64,000 nt of DNA from an uncultured Candidatus Sumerlaeota bacterium (GTDB lineage Bacteria > CAYMEV01), in the NCBI GenBank assembly GCA_964389675.1, contig CAYMEV010000001.1, positions 220,539-284,538 of the forward strand, in the 5' to 3' direction. The first letter of the stretch is position 1. Every line of letters begins with the position of its first letter. This document shows positions 20,509-28,836 of the stretch, piece after piece. The notes beneath the pieces are model-generated. The model had not been told where the DNA came from, did no database searches, and was given only the letters and a program-made list of their open reading frames with translations. The translations under genes were made by a program, and so were the position numbers.

Positions 20509-21795
20509 TCATTCCGTTTTTTCCTGGCCTCCGGCAGTCCTCTCAATAAAATCAGCTCCTCTTTTTCCGCTTTCACCCGGGAAGCACCATATCCTGTCTC
20601 TGTATTCCTCAATATATCCCTTATATGAATCATCTGCCCTGACCTTCTCAATGATTTCACTGATTTTTGGGCATTCCTCCTCTTTAAGGATATATCCAAT
20701 CTTTCCATCCTTTATAAGCTTCATCAGTGTACTGCTTTTTGACTCCAGGCTGTTCATATCGTATTTTCGGCAATCAACCTCAAAGTCAGTGACAATTACC
20801 GGCCTGGAAAACAAAAACAGATAATCAAATATTATACCTGAAAAGTCAGATATCATGATATCTGACTTTTGCATTGCTTCAAGGCCGTTTCTCTTATTAT
20901 CCCAGGCAAGGTTTTCTTTTTCGGAGTATTTGTCCTCAAATTTCCTGATCATGTCAGGCTCTGTCTTAAAGCTTTGCGGATGAGGCCTGAGTATCAGGCT
21001 GCAGTCCTTATCAGTGAGGATATCAAGCAGAGCACTGCCGAACCTTTTCAGAAAACCCTTCTCCCCCCAGCTCGGGGCAAGCAGTATGGTCGTCCTGCCT
21101 TCCTTTTCATCCTTTTGTTCAGGCATTTCCCGGCTCATGAGGTCAAGGTATGTACTTCCTATAATTTCTACATCCTTTTCAGGCAGATTGCGGTTTTTTT
21201 CCAATTCCCTGATGACTGACAGCTGGTGCTGACCATTTACCAGAACAGAATCAAAATAATCAACGCCGTAGGGGGCATAGGTAGAGGTATCCTCGAGTCC
21301 GTGAACTATGTGGCAGTAATGCTTTACTTTTTTGCTCCTTTTCAGCTGCAGTACATTCAGGCCCGGTGTCGTCATTATTACCATGTCGGCCTCAAGCCTG
21401 TTCAAGAAATAGAAAGCTTCATAGCCTCTGCCTATATATACCTTTTCAATATTCTCAAGATCGCTTTTCAGTCCGGGATCATCCTCTTCGCTTGCAAAAT
21501 AGCTGCATCTTATATTCCGTCTGTTCATTTCCTCGATAATGGGGAGGAATACATTCCAGTAATGAGCCATCTCTGAATAGAAAACAATACCGAATTTCCT
21601 GTTAAGGTCCTTCTTCTTGGTCTTGAACACATAGTTCAGCCTCTCATAGACGAAATTCTTGATCAGGTAGAACAGGGTCGCTGCCAGGGCGATTACAGCC
21701 CCGACGATCATGCTTCCGCTCCCGGGGTCAAGGTATGCATAGGCGGGCAGCGGTATCAGAAAAACAAGGATAAGGATCAGTAATATTTTAGACAT
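20509..21795 (-). CDS. CDP-glycerol:glycerophosphate transferase family protein (TagB/TagF-like)
   Basis: LLAPSW, RPHP and ISDFSGIIFDY motifs; N-terminal leader, YLDPGSG, then a TM helix. Confidence 0.8.
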   Translation of the reverse strand: MSKILLILILVFLIPLPAYAYLDPGSGSMIVGAVIALAATLFYLIKNFVYERLNYVFKTKKKDLNRKFGIVFYSEMAHYWNVFLPIIEEMNRRNIRCSYFASEEDDPGLKSDLENIEKVYIGRGYEAFYFLNRLEADMVIMTTPGLNVLQLKRSKKVKHYCHIVHGLEDTSTYAPYGVDYFDSVLVNGQHQLSVIRELEKNRNLPEKDVEIIGSTYLDLMSREMPEQKDEKEGRTTILLAPSWGEKGFLKRFGSALLDILTDKDCSLILRPHPQSFKTEPDMIRKFEDKYSEKENLAWDNKRNGLEAMQKSDIMISDFSGIIFDYLFLFSRPVIVTDFEVDCRKYDMNSLESKSSTLMKLIKDGKIGYILKEEECPKISEIIEKVRADDSYKGYIEEYRDRIWCFPGESGKRGADFIERTAGGQEKTE

Positions 21796-22510
21796 TGCAA
21801 AAACTCCGATTAATTAAAGTTTTATTCTTTAGCTTTTCATTTTCAAAATAATCATAGCCGATATGTTTCAGATAATTGAATATATTATTGCAGGTCCAGT
21901 ATATAAGAAGGCCTGAAGGAGAATTATAAAGCAGTACAAAAAAGAGAAGGGATATGAAATACATCTGCAGCCTCTCATTGGCTGTGAGGTTTTTTCCGTA
22001 TACATGGCCTGCAAGAAGGCTGAAGGCTGTCATAATGAACGGGAGGACATTGATGCTTAAACTGCTGATGCTTATAAGGGAATCAGGCTTTCCAAGGTCA
22101 CTGAAGAACATGAACGATACACCCTTGATAGGTTCATAGCTTGAAAGCAGGTGGTATGCGGCAATAAAGAAGGGTACCTGCAGAAGCAGTCCCATTGACG
22201 ACCTTAATGAGTAGACAGGGTGATAGTTGTTCTGCCTGTAAAGGGTCTTTATATAAAGGTGAAGCTCATAGCCTTTATATACCTTCTTCAGGTCATTAAT
22301 GGCCGGGGCCATCTTTCGCCTTATATCACGCTCTTTGACCTGCATCTTATTTGCAAGGTGGTACAGGGGAAGAGTAACTGCACTGATTATCAGGCTCACT
22401 ATAATTATTGATACCCCGTAACTGCCGGTTATTGAGAATGTAAACTCGATGATCCAGGTTATTATAAATTCTATCGGGTATATAAATATCAAGTATAGAA
22501 CTGATAACAT
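21788..22510 (-). CDS. YidC/Oxa1 family paralogue, short form
   Basis: YGVSII…LPL, coiled-coil hairpin, LLQVPFF, DLGKPD, PSGLLIYW; overlaps the next gene by 8 nt. Confidence 0.82.
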   Translation of the reverse strand: MLSVLYLIFIYPIEFIITWIIEFTFSITGSYGVSIIIVSLIISAVTLPLYHLANKMQVKERDIRRKMAPAINDLKKVYKGYELHLYIKTLYRQNNYHPVYSLRSSMGLLLQVPFFIAAYHLLSSYEPIKGVSFMFFSDLGKPDSLISISSLSINVLPFIMTAFSLLAGHVYGKNLTANERLQMYFISLLFFVLLYNSPSGLLIYWTCNNIFNYLKHIGYDYFENEKLKNKTLINRSFCNV

Positions 22511-22845
22511 ATCATCAACCCCTTATGATTTAAGCAGTAATAAAATCATATTCGGCCTTCCCAGGTCTCGAACTCACCTGCACTGCTGTTTTCATTGAAT
22601 TCAAATTAAAGAATAACAATTATAAATCTTTTCCAGGATGAAGTCTATTGAATTAAGCAGCAATTACAAGGAAAAAAATACCCGGATCAGCATTATGGCT
22701 TAAATATTAGCTGAAAAGCATTATCCAGTACATTTTAATCCATGGCTGATTCAGGAAATCCGGATTTGCAGGAATCCTGCCTGTATCCTGTCAATTGGCA
22801 TAGATTAAATCAGCAGGATATTTTCTGCAAAAGGCATTTTAAGCC

Positions 22846-24096
22846 TTAATCGCCGCTGGAGGACTCAATATTCGGATTCTCGATCCTTCCCATGAATAAA
22901 ATGCTCTTTGTGGAATTGTCAGCAATCAGAAAGATAAAGGGGCGGTCAGCAAGAAAACGCTTTTTTTCCATAGGCGGCGGGGCACTTGTCCTTTTGATCT
23001 CTACGGAGGTCACACCTGCCGCCTCAGTACCCTCTTCATTTACCTCTACAAATGCCTTGTGTCTCACATTGCTGATATACAGGTTTTCCCCGCCGGCTGC
23101 AGCTTTATCATACATTCCTGTAAAATCAGCCTTATTCGAGTCATATGCATCAGTCATGCCCATAGACTGCAGTACAGCATTCAGCGTCACCCCATAGGCG
23201 AGTTTAAATCTGGGTATGGATACATCCACCCTGCAGTACCTCATGCATTGCTCCATATCCCTGAAAAAATCCCCTGAAATAAGATCCTGAGGCTTTTTCA
23301 ATATGCCTGTGCCCTTTTCAGAGGGCAGAACAATAAACATTGACATCTCCCGCTCTGAATAAGGAAGCTCAAGTACCTTGCATCCCCTGTAATCCGCATA
23401 CCTGAGCTTTCCGCTCCTGTTCATCATATCGGCTTTAACAGCTTCACCGGAATTCAGATGAAAATCAGCCTTTTCTGTCCTTCCCGGATCAAATTCAGCA
23501 TCCCAGGAAGCCTTAAAATACACGGCATTTACAAGCACCATCACTGTCAGTGGATCCAGCGCACCTGGAGGTATCATATCCATTATAAGGCCATTTGTGT
23601 TTTCACTGACCCAGTCATTTATCATCCTTCTTACTTTTTCAGGATCCTTGAAATTTACCGGAAAGATATTGACACTGTAATATTTTTTCAAAAGTTCCTT
23701 AAATTCACTGTAGAAAGAATATCCCTCCTGGGGCCATATTGAATTGGCTATCATAAGCCTGATCTTCCCCTCATGCCCAAAACGCCCGAGTTTTTGCATA
23801 ATATCGCTCAGTGCCCTATGAACCTCATTACCTGGGAGTGATAACTTAAGCACATCCTTCATCTGGGTGGCAGTCTCTCCCCCTGCGCCGCCGTATGTCA
23901 TGGCAAGTGCAGATGATATGCTGTAGGGGGATATGAACAGGTTTCCTTCTTTCCTGCATAACTCCCCGAATATATCAACAGCAAAAGCATTGTTATCATC
24001 AACAGCTGTCGCACTTTTGTCCCCGGCATCCAGGACAGGGCATAACAGGACCGGCATCAGCAAAAGCAAAAAAAGAAATATTCTGGAAATAAGCAT
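22846..24096 (-). CDS. Secreted serpin
   Basis: Signal peptide; ISPYSI, VNAVYFKASW, hinge EEGTEAAG, and FLADRPFIFLI motifs. Confidence 0.95.
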   Translation of the reverse strand: MLISRIFLFLLLLMPVLLCPVLDAGDKSATAVDDNNAFAVDIFGELCRKEGNLFISPYSISSALAMTYGGAGGETATQMKDVLKLSLPGNEVHRALSDIMQKLGRFGHEGKIRLMIANSIWPQEGYSFYSEFKELLKKYYSVNIFPVNFKDPEKVRRMINDWVSENTNGLIMDMIPPGALDPLTVMVLVNAVYFKASWDAEFDPGRTEKADFHLNSGEAVKADMMNRSGKLRYADYRGCKVLELPYSEREMSMFIVLPSEKGTGILKKPQDLISGDFFRDMEQCMRYCRVDVSIPRFKLAYGVTLNAVLQSMGMTDAYDSNKADFTGMYDKAAAGGENLYISNVRHKAFVEVNEEGTEAAGVTSVEIKRTSAPPPMEKKRFLADRPFIFLIADNSTKSILFMGRIENPNIESSSGD

Positions 24097-24139
24097 ATAT
24101 TACTCCTCCCGGGTATTATTTAAGGCATCAGGCCTTTTA

Positions 24140-24622
24140 TCAGCGATTGCCCCTGTTACCCCTGTACCGCCAGCAGTTTTTCCTGCAGAACATTTTCTTT
24201 TCCCTTCCCCCGCACACAATACGCTTGGAACCGCATTCAGGGCATAAGCAGTCGCCTTTCAATATCTTTTCAAAGTTCTCATATGTTTCCTTCCAGGTAC
24301 TGCCACAGTCCAGGCACTGGACAAGGCATATATTCCTTGTATAGTTGCCGCCCTCTATCCTGATTGTCTTTCCATTTATAAGGCTGTCTGCTATCTTTGC
24401 GCGGGCTGTACCGAGTATTCTCTGAAAGGTCTGTCTCGAAACCTCCATCCTGTTCGCACAAAGTTCATTGTCCAGTTCCTCAAGGTCCTTTAATCTTACA
24501 GCCTCAAGCTCCTCAATATGCAGGACATTCTCCTCAAGTTCGGAAATATCCACATCATAGGGGCCAAAAACCTGCAGAGAGGGAATGAATTCCACCCTTC
24601 TTGGTTTGGTCGGCCTTACCAC
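24140..24622 (-). CDS. DUF134/UPF0251 putative DNA-binding protein with C-terminal Zn ribbon
   Basis: MVRP…EELEAVRLKD…MEVSRQTF…IEGG, followed by two CxxC pairs. Confidence 0.88.
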   Translation of the reverse strand: MVRPTKPRRVEFIPSLQVFGPYDVDISELEENVLHIEELEAVRLKDLEELDNELCANRMEVSRQTFQRILGTARAKIADSLINGKTIRIEGGNYTRNICLVQCLDCGSTWKETYENFEKILKGDCLCPECGSKRIVCGGREKKMFCRKNCWRYRGNRGNR

Positions 24623-24681
24623 ATTAAAACCCCCTGTATTTTATTATTCTAATTATATTATATATCATTGATCATCAAATT

Positions 24682-24730
24682 AAAATAGCAGGCAGCAGAT
24701 TATTATTTTCTGCTGCTGCCTGTCTATTTT
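24682..24730. terminator. Putative intrinsic terminator after the DUF5320 gene
   Basis: AAAATAG-CAGGCAGCAG…CTGCTGCCTG-TCTATTTT inverted repeat. Confidence 0.6.
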
Positions 24731-24742
24731 ATGAAGAATCGG

Positions 24743-25066
24743 CTATTTGCCTTCTTTTTCAAGACTGCTGAGACGGTTTTTGATATCCTTGAGCTCTTTT
24801 TCAAGAGCTTCAGCCTGTTTTGTCAGATATTCTTTTTCATCTACTGGCACAATAGGCTCATAACCCTGCATATAGGGGTCATATCCTGGATATCCTCCCA
24901 TACCCCAGCGGAAATACCTTCTTCTGTATCCCCTTCCTCTGCCTCCGAAACCCCCGTAAGGGTACGGATTTGCATATCCAGGGACACTGTATCCGGCGCA
25001 ATAACCAGCTCTTCTGCCTGTCATGGGACCTGCTCCCATAGGACCGGTTCTATCTCCGCCTGGCAT
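24743..25066 (-). CDS. DUF5320-like Gly/Arg-rich protein
   Basis: MPGGDRTGPMGAGPMTGRRAGYC start and C-terminal coiled coil; AGGAGG RBS before ATG 25066. Confidence 0.85.
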   Translation of the reverse strand: MPGGDRTGPMGAGPMTGRRAGYCAGYSVPGYANPYPYGGFGGRGRGYRRRYFRWGMGGYPGYDPYMQGYEPIVPVDEKEYLTKQAEALEKELKDIKNRLSSLEKEGK

Positions 25067-25109
25067 AATACGCACCTCCTTTCTTTTTTTGTTTATAATG
25101 CATAATTTA

Positions 25110-25319
25110 TTATCCTCTTATCATTTTTGTCCCGCATTTAGGGCATTGGACCTCATAGCATGGCACACCCTGCTGGTGTATCATCTTTTCCCCGCACTTA
25201 GGGCAGACGCAGTATCCTCCGGGGCCTGCTCCGGGATTGTTTCCCTGGCCCTGGCCTCTTCCTGTACCGCGGCCTTTTCCCATTCCTCTTCCTGGCCTTG
25301 AATTATCTGAATTAAACAT
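25110..25319 (-). CDS. Small Gly-rich double Zn-ribbon protein
   Basis: GPGGYCVCPKCG…PC…CPKCG; GGAGGTG RBS. Confidence 0.8.
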   Translation of the reverse strand: MFNSDNSRPGRGMGKGRGTGRGQGQGNNPGAGPGGYCVCPKCGEKMIHQQGVPCYEVQCPKCGTKMIRG

Positions 25320-25344
25320 AATTTACTTCACCTCCCTGTTTCAT

Positions 25345-25725
25345 TTATTCCTCATGGTCACAGCTGTTCTTGTCCAGGCCGTATCCTTTACCTGCCCCTG
25401 GACTGCAAAGGCTGTCGCCTCCGGCAAGTGTGCCTTCTTTCAGCTTGTCAACAATATCACTGATCTCTCCCTCAACCCCGAGTACCGTCTTCACTCCAAA
25501 TGCGTTAAACATTGAAATTGCCTTATTGCCCATGCCTCCGCATACTATCATTTCTACACCCTGTGAGCGGAGAAATTGAGGTATAGCCCCGGGCGCATGG
25601 CCTGGATTAGCAAGCAGATCCTGGCTTTTCAGTTCATTGTTCTCAATATCAATGACTGTAAAATTAGGGCACCTTCCAAAATGAGCTGATACCATGCTGC
25701 CATCCGTCGATATCGCGATTTTCAT
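25345..25725 (-). CDS. NifB/NifX-family (FeMo-cofactor-binding fold) protein
   Basis: MKIAIS…HFGRC…CGGMG; AGGAG RBS before ATG 25725. Confidence 0.88.
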   Translation of the reverse strand: MKIAISTDGSMVSAHFGRCPNFTVIDIENNELKSQDLLANPGHAPGAIPQFLRSQGVEMIVCGGMGNKAISMFNAFGVKTVLGVEGEISDIVDKLKEGTLAGGDSLCSPGAGKGYGLDKNSCDHEE

Positions 25726-25726
25726 G

Positions 25727-26599
25727 TCAGTTCTCCTTTTTTTTATTTTCAAAATAGACTAAAATCCTGTTCCATATATTTTTTATTTCTTCAGCAACTC
25801 CCTTAATTTCAGCCCTGACAGGTGTTTTGTATTCCTGCAGGGCCCTTACGATCTCTTTATTAAAGGGTATTTTTCCTATGATCTCAATATCCCTTTCCCT
25901 GCAGAATTCTTCTATCTGACGTGTTATGTCCCTGTTCAGGTCATATTTATTAATGCAGACAAATGACTTTATCCCAAAATGCCCTGCTACCTCCAGCACC
26001 CTTTTTAAGTCACTCAAGCCTGACAGTGTCGGCTCTGTAACAGCCACTACAGCATCTGTACCGGTAATGGATGCGATAACCACACAGCCTATGCCGGGCG
26101 AACCGTCAATAAGCATGAACTTTTCTCCACTGCTGAAAGCCTCAGCATTCTGGCGCAGTTTGGTAACAAGCCTTCCCGAGCCTTCAGCTCCTACATCAAG
26201 CAGAGCATGGGAAAATATCCCGCCATCAGTTTCTGATATGGTAGTAATGCCTGTCTTAATGCTTTTCAGCTTTATTGCCTTATTGGGGCACACAAGGACA
26301 CATGCTCCGCATCCCTCGCATTTATAGGGCATTATACTGATATCTTCGCTTATTGCGTCAAACTCGCATACTGATACGCAAAGGCCGCATTTAATACACA
26401 TTTCTTCATTAATGACAGCCTCCTTGGCTCCGTAAAAATCCTCCTGCCTGATCTTTTTTCCGGATAAAAGCAGGTGAAGATCAGGGGCATCCACATCGCA
26501 GTCAGCGATTATCCTGTCCCTGGCTATCTCGCTGATTGATGAAACGAGAGTGCTTTTGCCTGTTCCGCCCTTACCGCTTATAAATGCTATTTTCTTCAT
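25727..26599 (-). CDS. MinD-like P-loop ATPase with inserted 2x[4Fe-4S] domain
   Basis: SGKGGTGKS, DCDV, two CxxCxxCxxxC motifs, TEPT. Confidence 0.9.
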   Translation of the reverse strand: MKKIAFISGKGGTGKSTLVSSISEIARDRIIADCDVDAPDLHLLLSGKKIRQEDFYGAKEAVINEEMCIKCGLCVSVCEFDAISEDISIMPYKCEGCGACVLVCPNKAIKLKSIKTGITTISETDGGIFSHALLDVGAEGSGRLVTKLRQNAEAFSSGEKFMLIDGSPGIGCVVIASITGTDAVVAVTEPTLSGLSDLKRVLEVAGHFGIKSFVCINKYDLNRDITRQIEEFCRERDIEIIGKIPFNKEIVRALQEYKTPVRAEIKGVAEEIKNIWNRILVYFENKKKEN

Positions 26600-27441
26600 T
26601 TTTCTGCCCTCTCTTTCAATGCTTTATGCAGATCGATGAACTTCTCCCTTATTTCATCATCAGCCTCTACAGGCAGGATGCCGTTTGAATAATCAGCGGC
26701 TATCCGTTCTGAAAAAGGAATTTTCATGATTATCTCTATATTTTCTTTTCTGCAGTATTCATCTATTATCACGATATTATCCTGAGCCTTGTTTATGATA
26801 ACGCTGAACCTTTTATTCAGCTTTCGTAAAAGCTGAACTGCAATATTGAGGTCATACAGCCCGAAAGGGGTAGGTTCTGTGACCAGTATGCAGTAGTCAA
26901 CACCTTCAAGTGTCTCAACAACACCGCATCCTGCTCCGGGTGCACAGTCAATAATTACCTCTGCATCATCCCTGTAATAATTTTTAATCTTCTTGAGTAT
27001 AGGAACACTGACAGGCTCTCCCACATCAAGCCTCCCCTGAACAAAACTCTTATCAGCATTTGCCTCTATGACACCTATTGCCCTGTATTTCCTTGTAATT
27101 GCCTTTCTGGGACAGGCTATCATGCATGCACCGCACGAATGGCAAAGCTTCTCAAATACTATGACACCTTCATTCATGACCGCAAGTGCATTAAACTGGC
27201 AGGCCTCACTGCATTTCCCGCATGAGTCGCATAGAGAGCTGTCTATTGAAGGGTTGAAAACAGTAACATCAAAGCTCTTGTCTATTACAGGCCTGACAAA
27301 AAGATAGCCGTTAGGCTCTTCCACATCGCAGTCTATATATTGCGAAACACCTGCTGTTGCTGCCATACTGAGAGCCACCGTAGTCTTGCCAGTCCCTCCT
27401 TTCCCGCTTAATACGGCAATTCTCACAGGTTCTTCCCCCAT
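26596..27441 (-). CDS. Second MinD-like P-loop ATPase with inserted 2x[4Fe-4S] domain
   Basis: SGKGGTGKT, DCDVEEPN, two ferredoxin motifs, TEPTPFG. Confidence 0.9.
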   Translation of the reverse strand: MGEEPVRIAVLSGKGGTGKTTVALSMAATAGVSQYIDCDVEEPNGYLFVRPVIDKSFDVTVFNPSIDSSLCDSCGKCSEACQFNALAVMNEGVIVFEKLCHSCGACMIACPRKAITRKYRAIGVIEANADKSFVQGRLDVGEPVSVPILKKIKNYYRDDAEVIIDCAPGAGCGVVETLEGVDYCILVTEPTPFGLYDLNIAVQLLRKLNKRFSVIINKAQDNIVIIDEYCRKENIEIIMKIPFSERIAADYSNGILPVEADDEIREKFIDLHKALKERAEK

Positions 27442-27794
27442 TTCATACCGGCATGGCTTTCACCAATCTCACTAAGCCTGCTTAAAGAACCGTTACTGAA
27501 CTCTTTGATATTTTCAGAGACCGTTTTCATCACACCCTTATAGACCGCAACCTTTGAGGAGTTCAGCACCTGCGAAGCATTGGGGCCAAGATTCCCTGTT
27601 ATCAGGGCTTCTATACCCTTATTTATCACAAGCTGGCCGGCAGCCACTCCTGCACCGCCGCCCCCCGGGCTGTTTTCCAGAAACTCAGCATCTCCTGATT
27701 CTGTATCCGCTATACAGAAAAAAGCACATCTTCCAAAGCGTGGGTCCAGCATGCTTTCCAGTGTATTTCCCTGAGATGTTATGCATATTTTCAT
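27423..27794 (-). CDS. NifB/NifX-family protein (orange-protein-like)
   Basis: MKICITS…DPRFGRC…GAGVAA…TGNLGP. Confidence 0.88.
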   Translation of the reverse strand: MKICITSQGNTLESMLDPRFGRCAFFCIADTESGDAEFLENSPGGGGAGVAAGQLVINKGIEALITGNLGPNASQVLNSSKVAVYKGVMKTVSENIKEFSNGSLSRLSEIGESHAGMKWGKNL

Positions 27795-27824
27795 ATTTAT
27801 GCCTCCTTTTCTTTTCTTAAATCT

Positions 27825-27856
27825 ATAATAATATAGTTATGGGCATATGTCAATAA
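27825..27856 (-). promoter_or_regulatory. Sigma70 promoter with overlapping palindromic operator
   Basis: Minus strand TTGACA(27853-27848)-N17-TATTAT(27830-27825); palindrome TTATGGGCAT|ATGTCAATAA at 27837-27856. Confidence 0.75.
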
Positions 27857-28009
27857 TAAAATGGGTAATTTTTAATGGTATTTTGTTTTTATATTTGGAA
27901 CTATCGAGTATAAAGCTGTTTATTCAAAGATCATATTTCAGACATTAGCTCATAATAATGAGCGTTAAGCCCAGGCTTATCCGGCTTATTATTATAAGAC
28001 TGACCAGAA

Positions 28010-28831
28010 TTACTGATTCTTTATGAAATTGTCAAAATCCCTGATAATAGCTGTAAATTCATCAGGGAGCATGCGGTATACCTGATCGGCGATATATTTC
28101 GGTATCTTTCGGTAAAATGCGCATGCAATGCCTCCGGTGATACAGGCTATTGTATCACTGTCGCCCCCGATAGAAACTGCAAGCCTCACTGCATTCTCAT
28201 AATCCGTGCTTTCAAGGAAAGCCCTTATTGCCTGAGGCACTGACCCCTGGCAGGTCTCGTCAAAACTGTACAGGCCCCTTATCTCATCAAGGCTGAAATT
28301 CAGGTCATAATCAAAGTTATCGTTGATATAGCTGTATATCTCATCCTTGCTCTCTGCTTTCCTCGCCAGAAAAATGCATGCAGCAACTGCCTGCGCACCC
28401 TTTATCCCCTCTGGATGATTATGGGTTACTTCTGCAGATGCTTTTGCATGCCTTAACACTTCGCTGAGCGTATTAAAAGCAAACCCTACCGGGCTTACCC
28501 TCATTGCTGAACCGTTGCCGCAGCTGTAGTAAGGCTCAGGGTCTTTTGTTTTAAGCCATCTTGAAAAAAGGCGGCCATAACCCCTGCCGGGGTACCTGTT
28601 GCCATAATCATGGATCGCAGGCCCAATACCCCTATTATTCATCAAAGCATCTGCAACAGCTATGGTAAGCACGGTATCATCAGTGAATCTGCACCCCCGG
28701 GGAAAAAGCTCAAAGCCAGTATCAGCAGTATTGCCAGACTCATAGGCTGAGCCTATTATATCGCCTGCAATCGCACCAGTTATACTGCAGGGAGATAAAA
28801 ATGAGCTTTCAGGATTATCATTGCTGTTCAA
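28010..28831 (-). CDS. ADP-ribosylglycohydrolase family protein
   Basis: GDIIG, FTDDT, GNGSAMR, THNH and GGDSDT motifs; exact start uncertain. Confidence 0.9.
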   Translation of the reverse strand: MNSNDNPESSFLSPCSITGAIAGDIIGSAYESGNTADTGFELFPRGCRFTDDTVLTIAVADALMNNRGIGPAIHDYGNRYPGRGYGRLFSRWLKTKDPEPYYSCGNGSAMRVSPVGFAFNTLSEVLRHAKASAEVTHNHPEGIKGAQAVAACIFLARKAESKDEIYSYINDNFDYDLNFSLDEIRGLYSFDETCQGSVPQAIRAFLESTDYENAVRLAVSIGGDSDTIACITGGIACAFYRKIPKYIADQVYRMLPDEFTAIIRDFDNFIKNQ

Positions 28832-28836
28832 ATTTA

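Noticed and set aside
22555-22585. tRNA-like fragment (GTTCGA on the minus strand)
   Set aside because: The T-arm stem does not pair and no cloverleaf forms
24743-25319. Gly-rich small ORFs as RiPP precursors for the TldD/E proteases
   Set aside because: They fit DUF5320 and Zn-ribbon proteins typical of the NifX cluster; no YcaO or other maturases are present
24140-28831. Nitrogen fixation locus suggested by NifX-like genes and a DraG-like hydrolase
   Set aside because: No nifH/D/K/B or draT in the window; both families are widespread outside diazotrophs
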